From Candidatus Latescibacterota bacterium (GTDB taxonomy: Bacteria > Latescibacterota > UBA2968 > UBA8231): a stretch of 64,000 nt of DNA. This document shows, in pieces, positions 9,921 to 19,412 of the stretch (the first letter of the stretch is position 1; each line of letters begins with the position of its first letter). The notes under the pieces were generated by a model, which saw only the letters and a program-made list of their open reading frames with translations, was not told the origin of the DNA and did not search any database. The position numbers and the translations under genes are program-made. The stretch is from assembly GCA_965261395.1 (NCBI GenBank), contig OZ253462.1:5984001-6048000 (forward strand), given 5' to 3'.

Positions 9921-10526
9921 ATGGAAAATTCGAGTGTGATTAAGACAATAACTGGCCGCAGCGTGGTGGTGCGCGGAGCTGATATTGATACCGACCGCAT
10001 CATCCCGGCTCGTTTTTTGCGGACGGTGACCTTTGAGAATTTGGGGGGCCATGCCTTTGAGGACGATCGCGCGGCTGGCGATCATCCCTTTGATCAGGCG
10101 CGCTTCCAGGGGGCGTCGATCCTATTGGCCAATGCCAATTTTGGTTGCGGGTCCTCGCGTGAACACGCGCCGCAGGCCCTGATGCGCTGGGGTATCAAAG
10201 GCTTTATCGCCGAGTCCTTTGCCGAGATTTTCTTTGGCAACTGCATCGCCATGGGGCTGCCCTGTGTGCGAATTTCGGCTGAGGACATGCAGACTTTGAT
10301 GGATGCGGTCGAGAGCGATCCGGCGCAGGAGGTGGCCATTGACCTCGAAGCGCGGCAGGTGCGCTGGGCCGACGGCCAAGCTGCTGCCGATATTGCCGAC
10401 GGCCCGCGAGAGCAGTTTCTCAAGGGGGGCTGGGACTCGCTGGGCCAGCTTTTGGACGCCGGCGACCAGATCGGCCAGACCGCCGCCCGCCTGCCCTATA
10501 CTCGCGCCTTTGCTACTGCCGACTAG
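9921..10526 (+). CDS. leuD: 3-isopropylmalate dehydratase small subunit
   Basis: DIDTDRIIPARFL, NFGCGSSREHAPQAL, SFAEIF. Confidence 0.98.
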   Translation: MENSSVIKTITGRSVVVRGADIDTDRIIPARFLRTVTFENLGGHAFEDDRAAGDHPFDQARFQGASILLANANFGCGSSREHAPQALMRWGIKGFIAESFAEIFFGNCIAMGLPCVRISAEDMQTLMDAVESDPAQEVAIDLEARQVRWADGQAAADIADGPREQFLKGGWDSLGQLLDAGDQIGQTAARLPYTRAFATAD

Positions 10527-10573
10527 ATATGTACAACTGCACAACGGATGAATCTTAACTTGGGAGATAATAA

Positions 10574-11632
10574 TTGCACAAAATTGCCGTAATACCCGGA
10601 GACGGAACAGGGCCTGAAGTCGTGGTCGAGGGGCTGAAGGCCCTCAACGCGGTGGCCGCCAAACAGGGATTCAAATACGAGACCGTAGAATTTGATTTTG
10701 GCGGTGAGCGCTACTTGCGCACCGGCGAGGTCTTGCCCGACTCGGCAGCCGACGACTTTAGGCAGTTCGATGCCATTTACCTAGGGGCCATCGGCCACCC
10801 CGACGTGAAGCCGGGTATCCTCGAAAAGGGCATTCTACTAAGGCTGCGCTTTGAATTGGACCAGTACATCAACCTCCGCCCGGTCAAGCTCTACCCCAAT
10901 GTGCCGACGCCGATTAAGGACAAGGGGCCGGAGGAGATCGACTTCGTGGTGGTGCGGGAAAACACCGAAGGACTGTACGCGGGTGCCGGCGGCTTCCTCA
11001 AAAAGGGCACGCCTGACGAAATCGCGGTGCAGGAGTCGATCAACACCCGCAAAGGCGTCGAGCGCTGTCTGCGCTACGCTTTTGAGTACACCCAGCGGCG
11101 CAACAAGGACAACACCTTGACGCTGTGCGGCAAGACCAATGTGCTGACGTATGCCTTTGATCTGTGGGAGCGGGCGTTCCACGAAATCGGCGCGGCCGAC
11201 TATCCGGCCATCAAGCGCGACTACGCCCACGTCGATGCCATCTGCATGTGGATGGTCAAAAACCCCGAGTGGTTCGACGTGGTGGTCACCGACAACATGT
11301 TCGGGGATATCATCACGGACTTGGGCGCGATGATCCAGGGCGGGATGGGCATTGCCGCCGGCGGCAATATCAACCCCGAAGGCGTGTCGATGTTCGAGCC
11401 GATCGGCGGTTCGGCCCCCAAGTACACCGGCCAGAATATCATCAACCCTATGGCCGCCATCGGCGCTTGCCAGCTCATGCTCGACACGCTCGGCGAGCAC
11501 GAAGGTGCCAACATTTTGGAGGGTGCTATCGTCTCGACGCTGACCAAGCTCGACGATATGGGAGCGGGAAGAATGGGATATTCCACGGCGGAAGTAGGCG
11601 ACCTAGTGGCTCAGGCCGTCGCCGACGCCTAG
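10574..11632 (+). CDS. leuB: 3-isopropylmalate dehydrogenase
   Basis: IPGDGTGPEV, VRENTEG, NMFGDIITD, FEPIGGSAP; position in the leu operon. Confidence 0.93.
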   Translation: MHKIAVIPGDGTGPEVVVEGLKALNAVAAKQGFKYETVEFDFGGERYLRTGEVLPDSAADDFRQFDAIYLGAIGHPDVKPGILEKGILLRLRFELDQYINLRPVKLYPNVPTPIKDKGPEEIDFVVVRENTEGLYAGAGGFLKKGTPDEIAVQESINTRKGVERCLRYAFEYTQRRNKDNTLTLCGKTNVLTYAFDLWERAFHEIGAADYPAIKRDYAHVDAICMWMVKNPEWFDVVVTDNMFGDIITDLGAMIQGGMGIAAGGNINPEGVSMFEPIGGSAPKYTGQNIINPMAAIGACQLMLDTLGEHEGANILEGAIVSTLTKLDDMGAGRMGYSTAEVGDLVAQAVADA

Positions 11633-11636
11633 GGCG

Positions 11637-13250
11637 ATGGAAGGAAGCGACACCATGCTCATCGAAGTCTATGACTCCACCCTGCGGGACGGCGCCCAAG
11701 CCGAGGGCATTTCCTATTCGCTAGAGGACAAGCTGCTGATCGCTCGGCGGCTCGATGCGCTCGGGGTCGATTATATCGAAGGGGGCTGGCCGAACCCCAC
11801 CAATCCCAAGGATCTGGCTTTTTTCCAAGAGGCCAAAAAACTCGGGTTACGGGCGAAAGTGACCGCCTTTGGCAGCACCCGGCGAGCGACCAACGCGCCG
11901 GAGGAAGACGAGACCCTGAATACGCTTCTGAGGGCCGAGACCGACAGCGTCTGCATCTTTGGCAAGAGCTGGACCCTGCACGTCATCGAAGCGCTCAAGA
12001 CGACCCTAGAAGAGAATCTGCGGTTGATTGAGGACTCAGTCGCCTATCTGGTCGCGCACGGTCGCGAAGTGATCTACGACGCCGAGCACTTTTTCGACGG
12101 CTATAAGGCCGACGCTGATTACGCGATTGAGACGCTATTGGCCGCCGAGCGCGGTGGGGGGCGGATTTTGGTGCTCTGCGATACCAATGGCGGCACTCTG
12201 ACCAGCGAGATGGCCCAGATCGTCGAGGAGGTCAAGGCTCAGATCGGCATGCCCTTTGGCATCCACACGCACAACGATGCTGGCGTCGGCGTGGCCAATA
12301 CCCTCGTGGCTGTGGAGCGGGGCGCGGTGCAAGTGCAAGGGACCTTCAACGGCTATGGCGAGCGCTGTGGCAACGCCAACTTGTGCTCGATTTTGCCCAA
12401 TCTCGAATTGAAGATGGGTTTCGAGACGGTGGGTCGCGACAACCTCGCGGAACTGATGGATTTCTCCCGCTTCCTGAGCGAGATCGCCAACGTCTATCAC
12501 GACCACCGCCAGCCATATGTCGGCGAGAGCGCGTTCGCCCACAAGGGGGGCGTACACATCGACGCCATGATCAAGAACCCGCGCTGTTACGAACACATTG
12601 ATCCTGTAGCCACGGGCAACGAGCGGCGCTTCTTGGTCTCGGACCAAGCGGGTGGGGCGACGATTGTCAGCAAGCTGCGGCGCTTTTTGCCCGATATAGA
12701 GAAGAGGGATCCGCTGGTGGGGCAGATCTTGGAGCAGGTTAAGCAGTTGGAGCACGAGGGCTATCAGTTCGAGGCGGCGGAAGGATCGTTTGAACTGCTG
12801 GCGCGTCGGGTCCAAGGCACGTACGAGGACTTATTCGCACTGATCAACTTCCGCACCATCAACCGCAAGAGTGGGGCGCACGCCGAAGAAGCCGAGGCCA
12901 TTGTCAAGGTCGCTATCGGCGATGCGGAGTACCATACAGTCGCTGGCGGCGATGGCCCAGTCAACGCGCTCGACCAAGCGTTGCGCAAGGCGCTGGAGCA
13001 GGAGTTCCCGGCGCTCAAGCAGGTGCATTTGGAGGACTACAAGGTGCGGGTGTTGTCGAGCGGGGACGGGACCGCAGCCAAGGTGCGGGTGTTGATCGAG
13101 TCCTCGGATGGCAAGGATGTATGGGGTACGGTGGGGGTTTCGGAGAATGTGATTGAGGCGAGTTGGATCGCACTGGCCGATAGTTTGCACTACAAATTGA
13201 TGAAGGACGCGCTATCCGAGCTAGCGGTCGGCGCGACGGGAACGGACTGA
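11637..13250 (+). CDS. cimA: Citramalate synthase
   Basis: YDSTLRDGAQAEG, EGGWP, DAEHFFDG, AFAHKGGVH, FEAAEGSFEL (alternative start 11655). Confidence 0.93.
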   Translation: MEGSDTMLIEVYDSTLRDGAQAEGISYSLEDKLLIARRLDALGVDYIEGGWPNPTNPKDLAFFQEAKKLGLRAKVTAFGSTRRATNAPEEDETLNTLLRAETDSVCIFGKSWTLHVIEALKTTLEENLRLIEDSVAYLVAHGREVIYDAEHFFDGYKADADYAIETLLAAERGGGRILVLCDTNGGTLTSEMAQIVEEVKAQIGMPFGIHTHNDAGVGVANTLVAVERGAVQVQGTFNGYGERCGNANLCSILPNLELKMGFETVGRDNLAELMDFSRFLSEIANVYHDHRQPYVGESAFAHKGGVHIDAMIKNPRCYEHIDPVATGNERRFLVSDQAGGATIVSKLRRFLPDIEKRDPLVGQILEQVKQLEHEGYQFEAAEGSFELLARRVQGTYEDLFALINFRTINRKSGAHAEEAEAIVKVAIGDAEYHTVAGGDGPVNALDQALRKALEQEFPALKQVHLEDYKVRVLSSGDGTAAKVRVLIESSDGKDVWGTVGVSENVIEASWIALADSLHYKLMKDALSELAVGATGTD

Positions 13251-13255
13251 GAACC

Positions 13256-14455
13256 ATGAGAATTATCGAGGGCGGAGGGGTCACTGCGCCGAGTGGGTAC
13301 CGAGCGGCTGGCATCCAGACTGGTGTCAAGGAATCGGGTGCCAAGGATTTGGCGCTGGTGTATTCGACGCGCCCGGCGAATGCCGCCGCAGTGTACACCA
13401 CCAACAAGGTGCAGGGCGCGCCGATTGCCATTGACCGCGAGCACCTCGCCGACGGCAAGGCGCGGGCCGTCATCCTCAACAGCGGCAACGCCAATGTCTG
13501 CAACGGCGATGTCGGCTTGGATCACGCCAAGCGGATGTGTGCCCTGACGGCAAGCGAGTTGGGCCTGCAAACGGAAGAAGTGCTGGTCTGCTCCACCGGC
13601 TTGATCGGCGTGCCGCTGCCGATTGCCAAGATCGAGGCGGGCATCCCGCAGATCGTCGCGGCGTTGTCCGAGGAAGGCGGCGCTGCGGCCGCTGAGGCGA
13701 TCATGACCACGGACACCGTGCCAAAGAGCTGCGCCGTCGAGGTCGAGCTGGCGTCGGGCCGCGCCGTGATCGGGGCGATGGCCAAAGGGGCCGCGATGAT
13801 CGCCCCCAACATGGCGACGATGCTATCGGTGGTAACCACGGACGCGGCCGTGCCCAGCGGACAACTACAGGAACTATTGTCGCAAGCCATCCAGCGCACG
13901 TTTAACTGCATTACGGTTGACGGCGACATGAGCACGAGCGACACGGTGATCCTGATGGCCAATGGCGACGAATCGGCCCAGAAGCTGGACGAGCGCGACA
14001 TCGAGCGTCTCTACGAGGGCATTGAGTACGCGTGTCGGCAGATGGCCCAGGCGATCGCGCGCGACGCCGAGGGGTCGTCCAAGCTGATCACCATAGCGGT
14101 GCGCGGGGCCGCCACTGAAGCGGAGGCGAGACAGGTCGGCATCGCGGTGGCTAATTCGAGCTTGGTGAAGACCGCAGCGTTTGGCAACGATCCCAACTGG
14201 GGGCGGATTCTGTGCGCGATGGGGTACGCCGGCGTCGATTTTGATCCCGAGACCGCGCGCGTTTCGCTGTGCGGCACCAACATCTACGGCAATGGTGCGG
14301 GTCTCGATTTCGACGAAGATAAACTGAGCGCGGCCATGCAGGCGGAAGAAATGGCCATCGACATCGACTTGTCGATGGGCGCGGCAACGGCTGAAATTTT
14401 CACCTGCGATCTGACGTACGAGTACGTGCGGCTGAACGCCGAATACACCACCTGA
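13256..14455 (+). CDS. argJ: Bifunctional ornithine acetyltransferase/N-acetylglutamate synthase
   Basis: NSGNAN, IMTTDT, KGAAMIAPNMATML, DPNWGRI. Confidence 0.97.
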   Translation: MRIIEGGGVTAPSGYRAAGIQTGVKESGAKDLALVYSTRPANAAAVYTTNKVQGAPIAIDREHLADGKARAVILNSGNANVCNGDVGLDHAKRMCALTASELGLQTEEVLVCSTGLIGVPLPIAKIEAGIPQIVAALSEEGGAAAAEAIMTTDTVPKSCAVEVELASGRAVIGAMAKGAAMIAPNMATMLSVVTTDAAVPSGQLQELLSQAIQRTFNCITVDGDMSTSDTVILMANGDESAQKLDERDIERLYEGIEYACRQMAQAIARDAEGSSKLITIAVRGAATEAEARQVGIAVANSSLVKTAAFGNDPNWGRILCAMGYAGVDFDPETARVSLCGTNIYGNGAGLDFDEDKLSAAMQAEEMAIDIDLSMGAATAEIFTCDLTYEYVRLNAEYTT

Positions 14456-14461
14456 GGAACT

Positions 14462-15643
14462 ATGCCACTTTCGCACAATGTACAGCGCGTCCAGCCATCG
14501 GTCACCATGCAGATTTCGGCGCGGGCCGCGGCCATGCAGCGCGCCGGCATCGACGTGGTTTCCCTGTCCGCGGGCGAGCCGGATTTCGATACGCCGCAAA
14601 ACGTCAAAGACGCTGGCATCCGCGCCATTGCCGAGGGTTTTACTAAGTACACCACGCCGGGATCGGGGATCATCGAGCTCAAGGAAGCGATCTGCCGTAA
14701 ATTCGCGCGCGACAACGGCTTGGTTTATACAACCGACGAAGTGATCGTCAACAATGGTGCCAAGCACTCGCTCTTTTTGGCGGTGGCGGCACTGGTCAAC
14801 CCCGGCGACGAAGTCATTATTCCCACGCCCTATTGGGTGACCTACCGAGAGCAGCCTCGGTTGGTGGGTGGCGAGCCGGTGATTGTCGAGACCCAAGCTG
14901 CCAACGGCCTCAAGCTCACTGCGGACGAGTTCCGCGCCGCCATTACGCCTCGCACCCGGATGCTCTTTTTGTGCTCGCCGTCCAACCCCAGCGGCGCGGT
15001 GTACACCCGCGAGGAGTTGGAGAGCTTGGCAGCGGTGGCCGTTGAGCACGGGGTCTATGTGCTCAGCGACGAAATCTACGAGAAGCTGATCTACGACGGA
15101 GCCGAGCACCACTCGATTGCAGCTTGTAGTCCGGAGGCCAAGGAAATTAGCATTGTGGTCAACGGGGTGTCCAAGGCCTATGCGATGACCGGTTGGCGCA
15201 TCGGCTACACGGGTGCCAGCGAGGAGATCATCGCCGGCATGAACAAGGTGCAAAGCCAGGAAGTGTCGCATCCCTCGTCGATGGCGCAGAAAGCGGCCGT
15301 TGAGGCACTCGACGGTCCGCAGGAGTCGGTTGAGGAAATGCGCCAGGCCTTTGATGCGCGGCGGCGCTACATGGTCGAGCGCCTCAATGCCATAGAGGGC
15401 GTGGAATGCGCGTTGCCGTCGGGGGCCTTTTACGCCTATCCCGACGTCGCCGCGTACTACGGCCGCCAAGTCCGCGACTCTGTGGCATTGTGCGAGCACT
15501 TGCTCGAAGAGGCCAAGGTGGCCTGTGTGCCAGGCGCTGGGTTTGGCACCTACGAGCACATCCGACTTTCCTACGCCACGTCGCTGGACCTGATTGAAAA
15601 GGCGCTGGACCGAGTTGAGGCAGCGCTGGGTGAGTTGGGGTGA
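14462..15643 (+). CDS. PLP-dependent class I aminotransferase (AspC-like)
   Basis: GEPDFDTP, SPSNPSG, SDEIYE, SKAYAMTGWRIG. Confidence 0.93.
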   Translation: MPLSHNVQRVQPSVTMQISARAAAMQRAGIDVVSLSAGEPDFDTPQNVKDAGIRAIAEGFTKYTTPGSGIIELKEAICRKFARDNGLVYTTDEVIVNNGAKHSLFLAVAALVNPGDEVIIPTPYWVTYREQPRLVGGEPVIVETQAANGLKLTADEFRAAITPRTRMLFLCSPSNPSGAVYTREELESLAAVAVEHGVYVLSDEIYEKLIYDGAEHHSIAACSPEAKEISIVVNGVSKAYAMTGWRIGYTGASEEIIAGMNKVQSQEVSHPSSMAQKAAVEALDGPQESVEEMRQAFDARRRYMVERLNAIEGVECALPSGAFYAYPDVAAYYGRQVRDSVALCEHLLEEAKVACVPGAGFGTYEHIRLSYATSLDLIEKALDRVEAALGELG

Positions 15644-15705
15644 ATGCGTGAATAGGGAATTACGAGTTCTCAATTCGTAATTGCTAACCTAGGAGGTCTT
15701 GTCCC

Positions 15706-16668
15706 GTGAATAAAAATGGATTTTACCTCGATTTTGAACGCGATCTCGTCGAGCTAGAAAAGAAGATCGACGACCTAAAAGAACAAGCCGAGACCGATGG
15801 CTTGAATTTGGATGAGGGCGTGCGCAAGCTCGAGGCGCAGGCCGCGAAGAAGCGCCGCGAGATCTACGCCAATCTCAGCCCTTGGCAGCGGGTGCAGATC
15901 TCGCGGCACCCGCACCGCCCCTACGCGCTCGATTACGTCGAGCGGATGCTCTCCGACTTCACCGAGCTACATGGCGACCGCCTCTTTGCCGACGACGCCT
16001 CGATCATCGGCGGCCCGGCGCGGCTGGATGACGAGTCGGTCATGATCATCGGCATCCAGAGTGGACGCAACCTCGAAGAGCGGCAAAAGCGCAACTTCGG
16101 CATGCCGCATCCAGAAGGGTATCGCAAGGCCCGACGCCTGATGCAAATGGCGGCCAAGTTCAAATTGCCGGTCTTGACCCTAGTCGATACCTCGGGTGCC
16201 TATCCTGGGATCGAGGCCGAGGAACGGGGCCAAGCCGAGGCCATCGCCCGCAATCTCTACGAAATGTCGCATCTGCCAGTGCCCATAGTCGTGGCCATCA
16301 TCGGCCAGGCCTTCAGCGGCGGCGCCATTGGCATCACGGTCGGCGACCGGATCCTGATGCTGGAGCACGCCTGTTATTCGGTAATTGTGCCGGAGAGCTG
16401 CTCGACGATCTTGTTCAAGGTGCGCGAGCGCAGAGAGGAAGCGGCCGAAGCCCTCAAGCTCACGGCTAAAGACCTGAAGCAGCAGGGGATCATCGACCGC
16501 ATCGTGCCCGAGCCGTTGGGCGGTGCACACCACGACTGGGATGCCACCGTCGCCGCGCTCAAACGCCACGTGCAAGATGCCCTAGCCGAACTCCAGCGAC
16601 TTACTCCAGAGGCGCTAGTGGCCCAGCGGCTGGACAAGTTCGCGGCGATGGCGTGCTTTGAGGAGTAG
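15706..16668 (+). CDS. accA: Acetyl-CoA carboxylase carboxyltransferase alpha subunit
   Basis: RHPHRP, ELHGDR, FGMPHPEGYRKA, AEERGQAEAIA. Confidence 0.96.
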   Translation: MNKNGFYLDFERDLVELEKKIDDLKEQAETDGLNLDEGVRKLEAQAAKKRREIYANLSPWQRVQISRHPHRPYALDYVERMLSDFTELHGDRLFADDASIIGGPARLDDESVMIIGIQSGRNLEERQKRNFGMPHPEGYRKARRLMQMAAKFKLPVLTLVDTSGAYPGIEAEERGQAEAIARNLYEMSHLPVPIVVAIIGQAFSGGAIGITVGDRILMLEHACYSVIVPESCSTILFKVRERREEAAEALKLTAKDLKQQGIIDRIVPEPLGGAHHDWDATVAALKRHVQDALAELQRLTPEALVAQRLDKFAAMACFEE

Positions 16669-16690
16669 GGTGCCCTAGAGCTGCGATTCC

Positions 16691-16722
16691 GCTGCGCTCA
16701 GCATGACACTGGGGAGCGCAGC
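16691..16722. terminator. Hairpin between convergent genes (possible terminator or repeat remnant)
   Basis: gctgcgctc...gagcgcagc inverted repeat; no U-tract. Confidence 0.4.
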
Positions 16723-16726
16723 ACCA

Positions 16727-17866
16727 TCAATTGACAACATCGGCGCGCACTTCTCTGCGCCACCTCTCAAGCGGGTGTTCGCGCGGCGTTAGCGGCATGT
16801 ACACCCGTGCCTTGCGCCGATGTGATTCCCACGTCGCCTGAATCATTTCAAGACAATCCCGACCGTCCCTGCCGCTGGCAAACGGATCCCGGTCTTCCTC
16901 AATGGCTGCGATGAGGTCGCGCAGCGTGAGGCGTTGCAAGAGCAACCGTATGGATCCCCTGTCGCGTGGATTGCCGCGCTCGTCGAAGTCTTCGGCTGGC
17001 AGATGCACGGGTTCCCACGCCTCTGCCGGCGTCTTGTGTTGTCCTTTGTGGATAAACATCGCGGTGCCCACGCTCTCGCGCACGGCGATGCGACCTTCGG
17101 TGCCGATAATGTCGATGCCGTAGCCGTTGTCGTTGGTCTGCGGCTGGGCGAGGAATTGCACATCCGCATGGATGCCGTTGGCAAAGCGAAACGAAGCGTG
17201 CCCACGCTCGCCGAGCACAATTCCCGCATCGCGGTCGTGCGGGTGTACCTCTTGGGTGTGTTTGATGTCGTCAACGGTTGACTCGCGTCCATCCATCTGC
17301 ACAAGGTGCGCGTGCGTCCACTCGACATCGCCGCCGAAGAGACGCACCCAATCGTAGAGATGGGTGCCCATCTCCATCAGCGAATTGCCTACCTTCCGGC
17401 CCCCTTTGTCCGTTGCCTGCAGCAATACCACTTGGCCGATTGCGCCTTGGTCGATCAGCGAGAGAGCATGGCGATTGTACGGACTCGCGCGTTTGATGTG
17501 GTTAATGGCAAACTTGACGCGGTGCTGGTCGCAAGTTGCAACCATTTCGTCGGCTTCGATGAGATTCAGGGCAATCGGCTTTTCACAGAAGACGTGGATG
17601 CCGCGCTTGGCCGCCGCAATCGTCGGCTGGTGGTGCATTGGTGCTTGCGTTGGGACGATAACAAGGTCGGGTTGTTGCTCATCGAGCATCTTCTCGTAGT
17701 CGTCATAGAGGGCTTTGATGCCAAAGCGCTCGCCCCATGCCGCCGCCCGTTGCGGGTCGATTTCCGCTCCGGCGACCAATTCGCAGTTGGCCTCTAACTG
17801 CACCGCCTCCGCATGATGCCCACCCATGCCGCCGAGGCCAATAATCGCAATGCGGTAGTTGTTCAT
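16727..17866 (-). CDS. Gfo/Idh/MocA family oxidoreductase
   Basis: IIGLGGMGGHH, HVFCEKPIA, MGTHLYD. Confidence 0.92.
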   Translation of the reverse strand: MNNYRIAIIGLGGMGGHHAEAVQLEANCELVAGAEIDPQRAAAWGERFGIKALYDDYEKMLDEQQPDLVIVPTQAPMHHQPTIAAAKRGIHVFCEKPIALNLIEADEMVATCDQHRVKFAINHIKRASPYNRHALSLIDQGAIGQVVLLQATDKGGRKVGNSLMEMGTHLYDWVRLFGGDVEWTHAHLVQMDGRESTVDDIKHTQEVHPHDRDAGIVLGERGHASFRFANGIHADVQFLAQPQTNDNGYGIDIIGTEGRIAVRESVGTAMFIHKGQHKTPAEAWEPVHLPAEDFDERGNPRDRGSIRLLLQRLTLRDLIAAIEEDRDPFASGRDGRDCLEMIQATWESHRRKARVYMPLTPREHPLERWRREVRADVVN

Positions 17867-17880
17867 AAAGATGTCTCACC

Positions 17881-17926
17881 GTTCGCGCCTACGAGGGCCA
17901 ATCTCCACGGCCTCGTAGGCGCAAAC
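17881..17926. repeat. Intergenic inverted repeat made of GTAG-type REP halves
   Basis: gttcgcgcctacgagg / cctcgtaggcgcaaac, 15 of 16 complementary. Confidence 0.6.
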
Positions 17927-17940
17927 AGTTCTGTTTGGGA

Positions 17941-18852
17941 TCAGGCGCGCCGCAAGCGATCGAAGAGTCGCTCTAGGCGGTCGAAGACGAGGCGGATCAT
18001 GTCTTCGTCCCAGTCGCCGTCGATTTTGATCTGGACCGTGGACTGGAGGGTCTCTAGATAGGCTCGCTGCGTCTCGGTCAGGGGGCGCTCCTGCTGGGGA
18101 CGCTCCTGCTGGGGGCGCTCCTGCTGGCGCTCTTGGCGTTCCGGCCGCTCTTGACGCTCCTGGCGTTCTTGTCGCTCGGAACTGGTGGCGCGCTTGGCGC
18201 GTCCCTCGCGCCCGGAACGCTCCCTGGGGGCGGGTTCCCGGGTGCTGCGATCCTCTTGGGGCGCGGGTTCGGGCGCGGGTTCGGGAGTTTCGGAGCGTTC
18301 GTCTTGGGGCGCGGGTTCAGTGGCCGTCACTTCCTCTTGCGGTTCGGAGGGGTCGCCGAAGTCGGCTTCGGCGATGAGGTATTTGAAAAACATCTTCATC
18401 TTGTTGGCCGAATCGAGCCCCATGCCGGTGCGGCTGCGGAAGTAATCGACAATCTCGTCGTCGCTCATGTTGCCGTTGTTCTTTTCCCAATCCGGCAGCA
18501 ACTCCTTGTAGAGGTCGCGGACCACGTCGGCGACCGCAAATCTGCGCGTCTCCTTGGGGATTAGCCGCAAGAGCAGGTCCGTGGGCTTTTGGTCGCGGTC
18601 GGTCAGGTGCATGGATTCGATGCCGCGCAAAAAGCGGTGAATCATCGACGGGGTGCGAATAATAGGCCGCACGTAGTCGCGGTCCACTTGGTCGGGAATT
18701 TTGGTCTCCAGCCGCGCGAGAAACCGCTCGAATTGCACCTTGGTGATGTAGGGAAACCAAGTCCGGTCCTGCCGGCCGCCGTTTTCCTCCGATCCTTCTT
18801 CCGCTGTCGTCTCAGCGGCGTCTTGGCGTACTTCTTCCATTGTTGTCTCCAT
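17941..18852 (-). CDS. Hypothetical protein, DUF5343-like N-terminal domain plus low-complexity EPAP/ERQ/ERPQQ linker
   Basis: PYIT..F..FL...P..VD.DY...KPT pattern recalls DUF5343; tandem ERQ and ERPQQ repeats. Confidence 0.55.
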   Translation of the reverse strand: METTMEEVRQDAAETTAEEGSEENGGRQDRTWFPYITKVQFERFLARLETKIPDQVDRDYVRPIIRTPSMIHRFLRGIESMHLTDRDQKPTDLLLRLIPKETRRFAVADVVRDLYKELLPDWEKNNGNMSDDEIVDYFRSRTGMGLDSANKMKMFFKYLIAEADFGDPSEPQEEVTATEPAPQDERSETPEPAPEPAPQEDRSTREPAPRERSGREGRAKRATSSERQERQERQERPERQERQQERPQQERPQQERPLTETQRAYLETLQSTVQIKIDGDWDEDMIRLVFDRLERLFDRLRRA

Positions 18853-18878
18853 TCGATAAATTGATATGTCTCCGGGCG

Positions 18879-19238
18879 TTAGGGCTGCGAGGCAAATTCG
18901 GCCGTCACGACGGCGGAGATGCCACCGCGCACATTAAATTCTCCCACCACGGTCATGCGCCTCGGTGCGCAGGCGGCCACCAAATCGTCGAGAATGGTGT
19001 TGGTGACCGCTTCGTAGTAAGCGCCTTCTTGGCGAAAGGACCACAGGTAGAGCTTGAGTGATTTTAGCTCAATGCACTGTTGGTCGGGTACGTAGCAGAT
19101 GTGAATGGTGCCAAAATCCGGTTGTCCGGTTACGGGACATATCGAAGTAAATTCCGGACACGCTAGCTCGATTGTGTAGTCGCGGTCCGGATGGGGATTG
19201 GCAAAAACCACTAGGTCTTTGCTCGGCTCGGTAGCCAT
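18879..19238 (-). CDS. queF: NADPH-dependent preQ0 reductase (preQ1 synthase)
   Basis: [23 protein letters not shown] QueF motif, RGGI. Confidence 0.93.
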   Translation of the reverse strand: MATEPSKDLVVFANPHPDRDYTIELACPEFTSICPVTGQPDFGTIHICYVPDQQCIELKSLKLYLWSFRQEGAYYEAVTNTILDDLVAACAPRRMTVVGEFNVRGGISAVVTAEFASQP

Positions 19239-19274
19239 GAAATTTCGTCTCCTAACAGCCTAAAGCACTTAAAG

Positions 19275-19412
19275 ATAAGGCTAAACGGGTGCTTTGGCTA
19301 TGCTGCGACAAAGCGCTCGATGACGTTCGCGGTAATGCGCGAGACGACCTCGTCCACGAGAATCGAGGCTGGATACGCAACGGAGCCGACGGAAAAAACC
19401 GCGCCGCCGCTC
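19275..19412 (-). repeat. Second copy of the DMFase-like gene 3' end plus downstream bases; left boundary of the R-M island
   Basis: 138 bp with 11 mismatches to 27905-28042; encodes SGGAVFSVGSVAYPASILVDEVVSRITANVIERFVAA*. Confidence 0.95.

Noticed and set aside
3105-15673. Long antisense ORFs (3105-4526, 13874-15673; likewise 26681-28006, 20449-21369)
   Set aside because: Shadow frames of well-conserved high-GC genes with no recognisable motifs.
15657-15683. aattacga...tcgtaatt hairpin before accA as an ncRNA
   Set aside because: A short AT-rich inverted repeat seen once; insufficient evidence for any specific element.
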